Assembly: GCA_013360215.1 (NCBI GenBank)
Contig: JABWCP010000005.1
Coordinates: forward strand, 62,001 to 126,000
Direction: 5' to 3'
Source of the DNA: a bacterium
GTDB lineage: Bacteria; CLD3; SB21
DNA: 64,000 nucleotides
Position 1 is the stretch's first letter; the number at the start of each line of letters is the position of its first letter. The notes under the pieces are model-generated. The model had not been told where the DNA came from and did not search any database. It saw only the letters and a program-made list of their open reading frames with translations. This document shows positions 20,883 to 31,024 of the stretch, one piece after another. A program made the translations under genes and the position numbers.

Positions 20883-20909
20883 CAGCGGAACTCGATAATC
20901 ACTTAGGAG

Positions 20910-22496
20910 ATGGATATTCCAATGACTACTAACAATGAATTAGCTCACCTTGGTATTGTTAATACCGGTACAATCCACAAAAATCTTTCGGTCAGCCAAT
21001 TAGTCGAACTTGCAATCAAACGCGGCGAAGGTCAGCTTGCATCCAACGGTGCACTTGTGACCAATACGACACCGCACACAGGCCGCTCCCCCAAAGACAA
21101 ATATGTCGTCGAAGAGCCGACCAGCAAAGACAAAATCTGGTGGGAAAACAACAAAAAAGTTTCGCAAGCTCAGTTTGATGTGATGTTTAACCGCATGCGC
21201 TCTTATCTGCAAGGTAAAGACGTATTTGTGTTCGACGGCTTTGCCGGCGCCGACACTAAAAATCGTTTGTCCGTGCGCGTGATATCGGAAAAAGCATGGC
21301 ATTCGCTTTTCGCTAAAACTCTTTTCATTCGCCCTACGGAAGCAGAATTGGCCACGCATCATGCCGATTGGACAGTGATTGATGTTTGCGGTATGCACGC
21401 CATACCGGAATTTGACGGTCTCGGCACGAAGACTTTCATCATGCTCAATTTTGAAAAGAAAATCGTCCTCATCGGCGGTACACATTATGCCGGCGAAATC
21501 AAAAAATCGATTTTCACGGTAATGAATTATATTCTGCCCGAGCGCGGCATTTTCCCCATGCACTGCTCGGCCAACAGCAACAAAGAAGGCGAAGTGACTT
21601 TGTTCTTCGGTTTGTCCGGTACCGGCAAAACCACACTCTCGGCTGATCCGCTCCGCCGTCTTATCGGTGATGATGAGCACGGATGGTCCAACGAAGGCGT
21701 CTTCAATTTTGAAGGCGGATGTTATGCCAAGACCATCAAACTCTCCAAAGAAGGCGAACCGCAAATCTGGAATGCTATTCGTTTTGGTTCCGTACTGGAA
21801 AATGTCGTTCTCAAACAAGACGGTACGCCGGACTATGACAGCGCCGCGATCGCTGAAAACACGCGCGTCACTTACCCGGTCGAATACATTGATAACTGCA
21901 TCATTCCGGGTATCGGCGGACATCCTAAAAATATTTGTTTCCTCGTTTGCGATGCATATGGCGTACTTCCTCCGATCAGCAAACTGACACCGGCCCAAGC
22001 GATGTATCACTTCTTATCGGGTTATACGGCCAAAGTCGCCGGAACGGAAGCCGGTGTGACAGAACCGACGCCGACCTTCTCTACCTGCTTCGGCGCTCCT
22101 TTCTGGCCGCTGCATCCTAATGTATATGCCGAACTCCTGCGTAAAAAACTCAACGAACATAACGCTACCGTATGGCTGGTCAATACCGGCTGGAGCGGTG
22201 GCGGATACGGTGTCGGCTCACGTATGAAGCTGAGTTACACACGCGCATTGATCAATGCTGCGCTATCCGGCAAACTCAATAACGTGAAATACAATAACGA
22301 TCCGGTTTTCGGCGTGGCTGTACCGGAATCATGCCCTGATGTACCGGCTGAAATCCTCGTTCCTAAAAACACGTGGAAAGATAAAGCCGGTTACGATGCC
22401 CAAGCCAAAAAATTGGCCGATCTATTCATCAAAAATTTTGAAAAATTTGCCGATAAAGCTTCGGACGACGTTAAAAAAGCTGGTCCGAAAGCGTAA
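20910..22496 (+). CDS. pckA: Phosphoenolpyruvate carboxykinase (ATP)
   Basis: TGRSPKDK; YAGEIKKS; MHCSAN; FFGLSGTGKTTLS; IGDDEHGW; NFEGGCYAK; true start may be ATG 20922. Confidence 0.97.
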   Translation: MDIPMTTNNELAHLGIVNTGTIHKNLSVSQLVELAIKRGEGQLASNGALVTNTTPHTGRSPKDKYVVEEPTSKDKIWWENNKKVSQAQFDVMFNRMRSYLQGKDVFVFDGFAGADTKNRLSVRVISEKAWHSLFAKTLFIRPTEAELATHHADWTVIDVCGMHAIPEFDGLGTKTFIMLNFEKKIVLIGGTHYAGEIKKSIFTVMNYILPERGIFPMHCSANSNKEGEVTLFFGLSGTGKTTLSADPLRRLIGDDEHGWSNEGVFNFEGGCYAKTIKLSKEGEPQIWNAIRFGSVLENVVLKQDGTPDYDSAAIAENTRVTYPVEYIDNCIIPGIGGHPKNICFLVCDAYGVLPPISKLTPAQAMYHFLSGYTAKVAGTEAGVTEPTPTFSTCFGAPFWPLHPNVYAELLRKKLNEHNATVWLVNTGWSGGGYGVGSRMKLSYTRALINAALSGKLNNVKYNNDPVFGVAVPESCPDVPAEILVPKNTWKDKAGYDAQAKKLADLFIKNFEKFADKASDDVKKAGPKA

Positions 22497-22613
22497 TATC
22501 GTTTTTTTTGAAATGAGATACATAACACCACGAATATTACCGTTTGCGTAACAAACGTGTAGTATTCGTGGTTGATTATAAATAATCAACAAAGCCGGGA
22601 GTACACGGTGGGC

Positions 22614-23516
22614 ATGAAGTTTACACTGCTTGGAACACGCGGTTCGCGTCCGATATTGACGCCGGACCGGGTTCGCTACGGCGGAAACACAACAGCCTTC
22701 AAAATCACGATTGACGGTATGCAGCCAATCTATATTGACGGCGGCACAGGCATCTATCGTGAAGGGGTTACGATTTCCGAACAGCACCCTGAAGGATTTC
22801 ATGCACACTTTTTTATCACGCACACGCACTGGGATCACATTCTCGCATTCCCGCTTTTTGCACCGTTATTTAATAAAAACACCAAAATTTCCATATCCGG
22901 CCCGCGCTCTGAAGAATACACCATCGAAGAACTTTTCAAACTTCAGCATGCCAAAGGTTTGATACCGATTCCTTTTTCACTGGTACGCGATAAGATCACT
23001 TTCCACGAATTGCATCCCGATCAGACGATCCCGCTTGAAAAAGCCACCGTCAAAACCGTGCAACTCAATCACCAGGGATTGACGCTCGGCTATCGGATCG
23101 AACACGGAGGAAAATCGGTTTTGATCATCACCGATCATGCGCCGATCGAAAACAATCATCTCGGCGTTTTGATGAAAGCCTGGAACAAAGAAGACTTCAC
23201 AAAAACAGAAAAAGAATTCTACGAAAATCTGGTTCGCTTTTGCACCGGAGCCGATATCATGCTGCACGACACGCACTTTACCAAGGAAGGAATTAAAGGT
23301 AAAGAAAACTGGGGGCATTCGACACCCGAAATGGCTGTCGATCTCGCAGTCAAGGCCGGCGTGAAAAAGATCATACTCGGGCACCATGCCCCGGAAGATA
23401 CGGACACTCTTGTAGAGCAAAAAATCACTTCGGCCAATGACTATGTAAAATCCATCGGAAAAGCAGGCGCTATCGAAGTGGTGGCCTTGCGGGAGGGAAC
23501 GGAAGTATGGGTTTAG
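22614..23516 (+). CDS. MBL-fold metallo-hydrolase (Lactamase_B_2/PhnP-like), copy 1
   Basis: LGTRGS, YGGNT, IDGGTG, THTHWDH, WGHS, GHHAP; ATG 22614 preferred over upstream TTG 22572. Confidence 0.88.
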   Translation: MKFTLLGTRGSRPILTPDRVRYGGNTTAFKITIDGMQPIYIDGGTGIYREGVTISEQHPEGFHAHFFITHTHWDHILAFPLFAPLFNKNTKISISGPRSEEYTIEELFKLQHAKGLIPIPFSLVRDKITFHELHPDQTIPLEKATVKTVQLNHQGLTLGYRIEHGGKSVLIITDHAPIENNHLGVLMKAWNKEDFTKTEKEFYENLVRFCTGADIMLHDTHFTKEGIKGKENWGHSTPEMAVDLAVKAGVKKIILGHHAPEDTDTLVEQKITSANDYVKSIGKAGAIEVVALREGTEVWV

Positions 23517-24322
23517 AAGTCACGTTTTACGGTACGCGCGGCTCGATCAGCGCGACACACGAAGATTCGCTCAAATACGGAAGCCATACGGCATGCGTGG
23601 TTATTTCCAGCGGAGAGCGCAGTGTTATTATTGATGCGGGTTTTGGTATAGGATTTTATTCCGACCATCTTAAAAACAAGATGGGTGAATTTCACCTTTT
23701 GATTTCCCACTTTCACTGGGATCACATTCAGGGTCTCAACTATTTCGGCGCTATGCACCACCCCAAAAGTATCAATCATTTTTATTCGCCACAATCGAAT
23801 GACAAACTCAAAGAAGTGATGGATATCTACTTTGACGGTTCCTACGGCCCTTTCAACGGATGGCAGCAACTCAATTCCAAGCTCGAATTTCATCAGCTTA
23901 CGCAAGATATTGAGATCAACGGATTTCAGATTTCATGCCGTGCACTCAACCATACCGACCCCTGCTTCGCATACAAAATCAGCGACGGCGGTCACAGTGT
24001 AGTGTACGCCAGCGATCACGAAGCCATTGATAATTCCGTCAATCGTGAATTTATTACCTGGGCCAAAGGCGCGGACATGCTCATTCACGACGCGATGTAC
24101 CTGGATGAAGAATACGCGCAACGTGTCGGTTGGGGGCACAGTACATTTGATATGGCTTGCCGCAATGCGCAGCAGATCGAGTGTAAACATTTATTACTCA
24201 CGCATCACGAACCGATGCGCACCGACCGTGAACTGGATCGTATCGAACTGCGCCTCAAAGAAAAATACAGCGACTTGCGCCTCACCTGCGCACAACAAGA
24301 AGTCGTTTACGTAACCAAATAA
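23507..24322 (+). CDS. MBL-fold metallo-hydrolase, copy 2
   Basis: YGTRGS, IDAGFG, SHFHWDH, LIHDAMY, WGHS, THHEP; overlaps the previous gene by 10 nt. Confidence 0.88.
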   Translation: MGLEVTFYGTRGSISATHEDSLKYGSHTACVVISSGERSVIIDAGFGIGFYSDHLKNKMGEFHLLISHFHWDHIQGLNYFGAMHHPKSINHFYSPQSNDKLKEVMDIYFDGSYGPFNGWQQLNSKLEFHQLTQDIEINGFQISCRALNHTDPCFAYKISDGGHSVVYASDHEAIDNSVNREFITWAKGADMLIHDAMYLDEEYAQRVGWGHSTFDMACRNAQQIECKHLLLTHHEPMRTDRELDRIELRLKEKYSDLRLTCAQQEVVYVTK

Positions 24323-24364
24323 TTTTTTAGATTCAGACAGTTTGTTTTTCCTACGGAGTTAGCT

Positions 24365-26497
24365 TTGCCTACCGACACATCGTTTAAACGCATTCTTGTG
24401 ACGAGTGCGTTACCTTATGCCAATGGTCCCAGTCACATCGGACGCCTTACCGGCGCATATCTCCCGGCTGATATATATGTTCGCTACCAACGCCTCATGC
24501 GTCGCGATATCGTTTACATTTGCGGGAGCGACGAACACGGTGTGCCCATCACGATACAAGCGGAAAAAGAAGGGGTTACGCCTCAAGCCCTTGTAGATCG
24601 CTATCATGCGATGATTCAGGACGAGTTTTCCCGTATGGGCATCAGCTTCGACCATTACGACCGCACATCCAATCCGGTTCATCACGATACGGCGCAGAAA
24701 ATTTTTCTCGACTTGCTTGAAAAAAATCTGCTCAAACGCAAACCCGAGATGCAGTGGTATGATGAACAGGCCAAAATGTTCCTCTCGGATCGGTATGTCG
24801 AAGGAACCTGCCCTGTATGTCAAAACACGGATGCCCGCGGCGATCAATGTGAAAAATGTGGTACGTATTTGAATCAAATGGATCTGATCCAACCGCGCTC
24901 CAAAGTCACCGGCACTACTCCGATCGCCAAAGAGACCACCCATTTTTATTTGCCGATGGGCGAATTTCAATCCGAACTGGAAAAATGGATATCTAGCAAG
25001 TCTCACTGGAAAGACAATGTCATCAACTACTGTAAAGGATGGTTTGCACAGAAACTTGGCGACCGTGCCATTACACGCGACATTGATTGGGGTGTACCGG
25101 TTCCCAAAAAAGACCGTAAGAACAACGTCATCGAAGGTTCCGATAGAAAAGTAATCTACGTCTGGTTTGAAGCGGTATTGGGTTATATTTCTTCGACCAA
25201 AGAATGGGCAAAAAAAGTAGGCCAACCTGAAAAATGGCGTGATTATTGGCAAAAGGACGATACCCAACTCGTGCACTTCATCGGCAAAGATAATATCGTA
25301 TTTCATGCGATCATGTTCCCTATCATCACGATGGCCTACAATCAAAGTAAGACATCGGGCCGTTTGGTTTTAGTTTCCGATGTACCGGCGTGCGAATTTC
25401 TCAATCTGGAAGGTAACAAGCTTTCGACCAGTCGTAATTATGCGGTTTGGGTAAAAGATTATCTTCAAAAGTTTCCTCCGGATCTTTTGCGTTACACGTT
25501 GACATCCAATCTTCCGGAAAACAAAGATTCCGATTTTTCATGGAAAGATTTTCAGATTAAAAATAACAGCGAATTAGCAGATATTCTCGGAAACTTCATC
25601 AATCGCAGTTTGTCCTTTACGATTCGAAACTACGACAACAAAGTCCCGTCGTGCGGCACGCTTACGACTATGGATGAACAAATGCTTTCCGAAATCCTGG
25701 CCGCGCAAACCGAAGTCGGCAAATTTATTGAAGAATTTCGTTTCCGCGATGCGTTAAAACGTTTTATGGATTTGGCACGCGCCGCCAATAAATACTTTAA
25801 CGATACGGAGCCCTGGAAAAAAATCAAAACCGAACCGGAACGCGGCGCTACGGTTTTGTGGGTGAGCGTACAAGTCGTACGCGCATTAGCCGTGATCATG
25901 CATCCTTTCTTGCCATTTACCTCTGAAAAAGTATGGCAAATGCTCGGTTTGTCGGGCCTAGTCAAAGAACAGGATTGGAATACCATCGGCACCTCGCGAA
26001 TGGACACCGGCCACGTGCTCGGCAAAGTTGAAATTGTTTTCCCTAAAATCGAAGATGGTGTGATACAAAAGGAGATAGATCATTTGAACTCAATGATCGA
26101 ACAAAAAACGACAGAAAGTGCGCAGTCCAAACCGGTTGAAAAACCGAAATCCGAAAATGAAGCGGTCACTGCAGCGCAAATAAGTATTGATGAATTCGGT
26201 AAAGTCGATATGCGTTCCGCCAAGGTGCTGCATGCCGAAAAAATCGAAGGCACAACCAAATTACTCAAACTCCAGCTCGATCTTGGTTTTGAAAAACGTC
26301 AGGTTGTGAGCGGTTTGGCGGAGTATTATAAGCCTGAAGAATTGATTGGAAAAGACGTGATCATCGTCGCCAATCTCAAACCGGTGAAAATACGCGGCGT
26401 TGAATCCAACGGGATGATCCTGACGGTCAGCGACGGCACCACACTGAAAATACTATCCCCGGAGGCCGTCATGCCCGGCGGACTGCGCGTCAAATAA
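24365..26497 (+). CDS. metG: Methionine--tRNA ligase with C-terminal tRNA-binding domain
   Basis: TSALPYANG; CGSDEHG; Zn knuckle CPVC/CEKC; FIGKDN; KLSTS; OB-fold C-terminus VANLKPVKIRGVESNGMIL; TTG start. Confidence 0.96.
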   Translation: MPTDTSFKRILVTSALPYANGPSHIGRLTGAYLPADIYVRYQRLMRRDIVYICGSDEHGVPITIQAEKEGVTPQALVDRYHAMIQDEFSRMGISFDHYDRTSNPVHHDTAQKIFLDLLEKNLLKRKPEMQWYDEQAKMFLSDRYVEGTCPVCQNTDARGDQCEKCGTYLNQMDLIQPRSKVTGTTPIAKETTHFYLPMGEFQSELEKWISSKSHWKDNVINYCKGWFAQKLGDRAITRDIDWGVPVPKKDRKNNVIEGSDRKVIYVWFEAVLGYISSTKEWAKKVGQPEKWRDYWQKDDTQLVHFIGKDNIVFHAIMFPIITMAYNQSKTSGRLVLVSDVPACEFLNLEGNKLSTSRNYAVWVKDYLQKFPPDLLRYTLTSNLPENKDSDFSWKDFQIKNNSELADILGNFINRSLSFTIRNYDNKVPSCGTLTTMDEQMLSEILAAQTEVGKFIEEFRFRDALKRFMDLARAANKYFNDTEPWKKIKTEPERGATVLWVSVQVVRALAVIMHPFLPFTSEKVWQMLGLSGLVKEQDWNTIGTSRMDTGHVLGKVEIVFPKIEDGVIQKEIDHLNSMIEQKTTESAQSKPVEKPKSENEAVTAAQISIDEFGKVDMRSAKVLHAEKIEGTTKLLKLQLDLGFEKRQVVSGLAEYYKPEELIGKDVIIVANLKPVKIRGVESNGMILTVSDGTTLKILSPEAVMPGGLRVK

Positions 26498-26501
26498 ATC
26501 C

Positions 26502-27623
26502 ATGAGCACTCACGCCAAAATACTGGTCGTCGAAGACGACTTCCAAAACAGACAATTAATTCAGATTTATCTGAGCCGGATGAATTTTGACGTGACACTT
26601 GCGCCCAATGGTTTTGCTGCGATGGAAAAACTAAAAACGTATAAGCCCGATCTCATCATCAGCGATATTTCGATGCCGTACATGGACGGTTTCGAATTAT
26701 ATAACAACGTAAAAGCCATACCCGATCTTCGCAGCATTCCATTTATTTTTCTCACGGCACATTCCGACGCCGACAAACGTCGCTATGGTAAAGAAATCGG
26801 TTCGGATGATTTTTTAACCAAACCGATCGAACAAGAAGATCTGGTCGCCTCTATTCGCGGCAAACTCAAACGCGTAGAAGAGATTCGCTCCAGCACCGAA
26901 GCGGAAATGCTGACGCAAATCGATCAACTGAAACGAGAAATCCTTTCGACGATCACACACGAAGTCAATACTCCGCTTTTTATCATCAAGCTTACAGCCA
27001 ATCTTTTGCTTGATGAAACCATGGAGTTTAAACCCCATGAGCTGCAAGAACTTCTTCTTCGCATCAAAAAAAGCGGTGAACGCCTAGATGCCCTGCTCAA
27101 AGATTTCCTGATCACCGTACGCATTGCAGCCGGTGATGCAAAATCTGAATACAAAGAAGCCAAACAAGATTCTGATATCAACTTCATCGTTGAGCATCTC
27201 GTACCGCAGTTCAAAAAGCGGGCGGAGATCAAACAACTAAGAATCCAATCTCAGCTAGAACGGCATTTGCCGGGGTTACAACTCCATGTAGATCAAGTTG
27301 CCGATGTGGTGGAGCGCTTATTTAGCAATGCCTATAAATTCACTCCGCCCGGCGGAGAAATTCGTATTCGCAGCGGCAAAGACCACGACTATGTACGTTT
27401 GGATATCGAAGACACGGGCATAGGCATTCCGGAAGAGCAGTTAGATCGTATTTTTCACAAATTCTATCAAGTCAATCGCGCTGAAATGGAACAACAAGGT
27501 GCCGGTCTCGGTCTTGCCATTGCGCGTGATCTTACAGAAATCAACGGTGGGCGTTTGGTAGTAAAAAGCCATGAAGGCATGGGCAGCACATTTAGTCTAT
27601 TATTCCCGATCCATGTGATATAA
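26502..27623 (+). CDS. Cytoplasmic hybrid receiver-domain / histidine kinase
   Basis: REC (LVVEDD, IISDISMP, FLTKP); H-box THEVNTPL; N/G boxes SNAYKF, DTGIGI, GAGLGL. Confidence 0.92.
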   Translation: MSTHAKILVVEDDFQNRQLIQIYLSRMNFDVTLAPNGFAAMEKLKTYKPDLIISDISMPYMDGFELYNNVKAIPDLRSIPFIFLTAHSDADKRRYGKEIGSDDFLTKPIEQEDLVASIRGKLKRVEEIRSSTEAEMLTQIDQLKREILSTITHEVNTPLFIIKLTANLLLDETMEFKPHELQELLLRIKKSGERLDALLKDFLITVRIAAGDAKSEYKEAKQDSDINFIVEHLVPQFKKRAEIKQLRIQSQLERHLPGLQLHVDQVADVVERLFSNAYKFTPPGGEIRIRSGKDHDYVRLDIEDTGIGIPEEQLDRIFHKFYQVNRAEMEQQGAGLGLAIARDLTEINGGRLVVKSHEGMGSTFSLLFPIHVI

Positions 27624-27689
27624 GAACATTCGTTTTTTATCGAACCTCTTAAGTACTATTTATTTCTTCCCCGTAATTCTTCTATGCGA

Positions 27690-30600
27690 CTACGATAACA
27701 CCGACGGCGATGAAGACCTACGCTCTACAGGCAACATCAGTATAAATTTCGCACCCTGATCTTGACAGTTTTCAAACCGTATCCCACCCTCGTGTTTTTC
27801 CATGATCCCGTAAGTCATAGACAATCCCAATCCTTTTCCGCGCCCTACATCTTTGGTTGTAAAAAAAGGATCGAATATTTTTTGGCTTATAGCCTCAGGG
27901 ATGCCCGTGCCATAGTCGCGAATTCCCACATACACATATTTACCGTCGGTGCTTGTTGAAAAGTCCACCCGCGCATCGGTTGCTTGCGATTGTATCGCAT
28001 TGAGCATGACATGATAAAACGCCTGCTGCAATTCGGACGGATAACACAAAATTTGCGGTGTCTCCCGATAATCCTTTTTGATCTGAACCTTTGGATACTG
28101 GATAATTATAGCATCGACCGCACTATCCAGACATTCTTCCACGGATTTAAAATCCTCTTTCGCTTCATCCAGTCGAACAAACTTCTTTAACGTTTTGACG
28201 ATAACCTGTACCCGCTGTACTCCGTGCCGCGTTGATACAATCGCCGAATGAATATCATCTTCAATTTGAGTCATTTCTAGCGCCTCTTTGTCGTCCAGTG
28301 GTCCGGCTTTAGCTTTTTGCGCCAGCTCCGTTAAACGGCGAAGATCTTTTTCCAGCAACGGTAAATTACCGTAAATAAAGGCAATCGGATTATTAATTTC
28401 ATGCGCCACGCCGGCTGTGAGTTCACCTAGAGCAGAAAGTTTTTCCGCTTGGATAAGCTGCGCTTCGGTAGTGCGTAGGGTTTGTAATGTTTTTTCAAGT
28501 TCTTTTTTTTGTTTGATCACGTCTCGGCTTTTACGCACCAAATCTTTGGTGCGATCGCGCACCAGCATTTCCAGCTGGCGCGCTTTTTTCCATAAATGAT
28601 AGGTTCGCCACCGGTAGGCGCCGGCCGTCACGGCGATAAGCACCAAACACGATATCGCTACAAACCACGTCTCTTTCCAAAACGGGGTCAACACTTCCAA
28701 AACCACATCCGGTCCGCGGTATTGTCCGCCGGGTGTGATGGCTTTGCTTTTTAACCTATATATCCCCGGCGATAAACCCGCATATTGTATCACGCCTTGC
28801 GAGGAAGACTCCGACCAAGCTTCGTCAAAACCCTCCATAAAAAAACTGTACCGCACATCATTCTCATAACGGTAAGATATCGCCTTGATACGAAACTGGA
28901 TTTGTTGAACTCCCGGCTCAATACGCAGAATCCCATTGTGTCGTTGGGGTTTACCTTGGACAAGAATCTGATCCACCAGTACTGGAACAGAATTTCCGGA
29001 CGCAAACGGTTCGCTGAAATCTGTACGCACCAACCCACGACTCGTGCTGATCCAATACACAGAATCGGAACTTTTCATGATCGAGTATGGCGTACTTCCT
29101 TTCCGGAAAAATCCGGAATGGCTGTCCCAATGCATCCATGATTCATTTTTTCGGCTCATAACATCAATACCGCCGGCGGTACAAACCCAAAGGGCCGTCG
29201 TATCCGGTTCGAAAACAGAGTACACAATATTATTTGAGATACCGTTATCGGTAGTATAAACGCGTACGTTTTGTCCATCCCAGCGTGCAAGCCCCGCGCC
29301 TTCGGTACAAAACCACATCATGCCCGACGCATCACGGTAAATCTGACCTACAGATTGAAACGGCATAACACCGGGTAAAGACCATGATTGTACTCGCAGC
29401 GAATCCTGATCAGCTGCCAACACATAGGCACCGTGTGATGTACCAACCCATATCGCCCCTTTTTCATCGCGCATAAGAGTATAAACCATCATTTGATCTG
29501 TGAATGTCGAAGCATGGATACGTGTTACTCGACCATGTCGATGACGATAAAGCCCAGCGGATGTGCCGATCATTACATCTTGTTCGTCCAGAAACAAAAA
29601 CGATGCAATACTTTGACCTTCAACCGATATTTCTTTTTGTTTTAGCAACGTTTTCCCGTCAACAACAAAAACTGCTATTTCGCTGTCATTAACTAGAGCC
29701 AATCTGTTTTTTCCGAGAGACACACCTTCTTGTATCGGCGTACTACCATACAACGGTAATGGCACTGCAGGATGTTGCGCATTGACATAAAAAAGACCAG
29801 CGCTGGTCAGCATATAAATAACTGTCTCTGATACGGCTATGGATTTATAGACTTGAATTCCGGGATTATTATGAGGAATGAAATACGAAAAACGTAAACC
29901 GGCGAAACGCGAAAGACCATTGTGAGTGCCAACCCAAATATGCCCCTCATGATCGCTAACTAACGGTATGGTCAGATTATTGGCAAGTCCTTTGGTTTCA
30001 TCAATAACTTCCATCGAAACGACGCGTGTACCTGAAAACCGAAGTCGTGTTATACCCAAATCGGTAGCCGCCCAAAAATTACCGGTGGGATCAACGATCA
30101 TTCGGTAAAAACTGCGTTTCGTAAATCCTTTTGGTAAATCTTGTGAAACAAACGAAGGGGAATCCGATTGAGGGTCCGTCAAACTTATACCGCCCCGAAA
30201 ATGTAAAGCATACAAGTGTGATGAATCACGTAAGAACAAACCCCGTACAATCGGAAAAGGAGTCGGGATATTTTCTAATGCCGTTCCTTTTTGCATCCAC
30301 ACGCCTTGATCCGTTGCTATCCACAATCTATTATCCGGATCACGCAATGTCTGGTAAACCATTTTTCCCTGTAAGCCATCCATCGGCACCAACGAACTCG
30401 AATCATCTGTGAAACATGTAAATTTGTATGCTCCGTTTTCCGTACTCAAGATCATGGATTGATCGGCCTCGATATGAATGTGACGAACAGACAACTGCGT
30501 TAACCATGCGCGTATCTGCCATCCGCTGCGGGTCTTGTGAAAACGATTGATCCCTGTACGCGTGCCAACCCAAACGTCGCCGGATGAATCCTGAGCAACA

Positions 30601-30848
30601 GACCATACACGGTGATTGATCAATCCATGGGTTTTGTTAAAATTCTGAAAGGTTTGTCCATCGTAATAACTCAACCCGTCCACGGTGCCAATCCACATCG
30701 CATAGTTGCGATCAACAAAAATTTCAAAAATAGTATTACTTGGCAATCCGTCAGACGTGGAATAGTTTTTTATATAATATTGCTGCGCAAAAAGATTGCT
30801 TACAAAAACCCACCAAAAGAGGGTATGTCTGATAAAAAAAGGCGGCAT
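27690..30848 (-). CDS. Membrane sensor histidine kinase with periplasmic beta-propeller (Reg_prop) and Y_Y_Y domain
   Basis: DGLPSN and WIGT.DGL propeller repeats; YAGLSPGIY; TM after TPFWKE; LTAGVAHEINNP; FDPFFTTK; GKGLGL. Confidence 0.92.
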   Translation of the reverse strand: MPPFFIRHTLFWWVFVSNLFAQQYYIKNYSTSDGLPSNTIFEIFVDRNYAMWIGTVDGLSYYDGQTFQNFNKTHGLINHRVWSVAQDSSGDVWVGTRTGINRFHKTRSGWQIRAWLTQLSVRHIHIEADQSMILSTENGAYKFTCFTDDSSSLVPMDGLQGKMVYQTLRDPDNRLWIATDQGVWMQKGTALENIPTPFPIVRGLFLRDSSHLYALHFRGGISLTDPQSDSPSFVSQDLPKGFTKRSFYRMIVDPTGNFWAATDLGITRLRFSGTRVVSMEVIDETKGLANNLTIPLVSDHEGHIWVGTHNGLSRFAGLRFSYFIPHNNPGIQVYKSIAVSETVIYMLTSAGLFYVNAQHPAVPLPLYGSTPIQEGVSLGKNRLALVNDSEIAVFVVDGKTLLKQKEISVEGQSIASFLFLDEQDVMIGTSAGLYRHRHGRVTRIHASTFTDQMMVYTLMRDEKGAIWVGTSHGAYVLAADQDSLRVQSWSLPGVMPFQSVGQIYRDASGMMWFCTEGAGLARWDGQNVRVYTTDNGISNNIVYSVFEPDTTALWVCTAGGIDVMSRKNESWMHWDSHSGFFRKGSTPYSIMKSSDSVYWISTSRGLVRTDFSEPFASGNSVPVLVDQILVQGKPQRHNGILRIEPGVQQIQFRIKAISYRYENDVRYSFFMEGFDEAWSESSSQGVIQYAGLSPGIYRLKSKAITPGGQYRGPDVVLEVLTPFWKETWFVAISCLVLIAVTAGAYRWRTYHLWKKARQLEMLVRDRTKDLVRKSRDVIKQKKELEKTLQTLRTTEAQLIQAEKLSALGELTAGVAHEINNPIAFIYGNLPLLEKDLRRLTELAQKAKAGPLDDKEALEMTQIEDDIHSAIVSTRHGVQRVQVIVKTLKKFVRLDEAKEDFKSVEECLDSAVDAIIIQYPKVQIKKDYRETPQILCYPSELQQAFYHVMLNAIQSQATDARVDFSTSTDGKYVYVGIRDYGTGIPEAISQKIFDPFFTTKDVGRGKGLGLSMTYGIMEKHEGGIRFENCQDQGAKFILMLPVERRSSSPSVLS

Positions 30849-30929
30849 AGGATGTGTATAAGAAATGTGATTGCAATTTAATACCAGAGACTATCGAATG
30901 ACAACAATATTTATTTTTTTTTGTAAACA

Positions 30930-30989
30930 TACTCTATAAATAGAGTACCGTAATCTCCGGTTGATTCGCTAAACCAATTCTCCTATCTT
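30930..30989 (+). promoter_or_regulatory. Palindromic site plus candidate sigma70 promoter in the divergent intergenic region
   Basis: Perfect inverted repeat TACTCTAT-AA-ATAGAGTA (30930-30947); TTGATT-N17-TATCTT (30961-30989). Confidence 0.5.
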
Positions 30990-31024
30990 AGGCCGATTTA
31001 ATAAAAAAAAACGGCGAAACCATT

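Noticed and set aside
21000-22010. 336-aa antisense ORF inside pckA
   Set aside because: Shadow ORF from codon bias of a conserved gene; no protein-like motifs
24410-25345. 311-aa antisense ORF inside metG
   Set aside because: Shadow ORF fully overlapping a conserved essential gene
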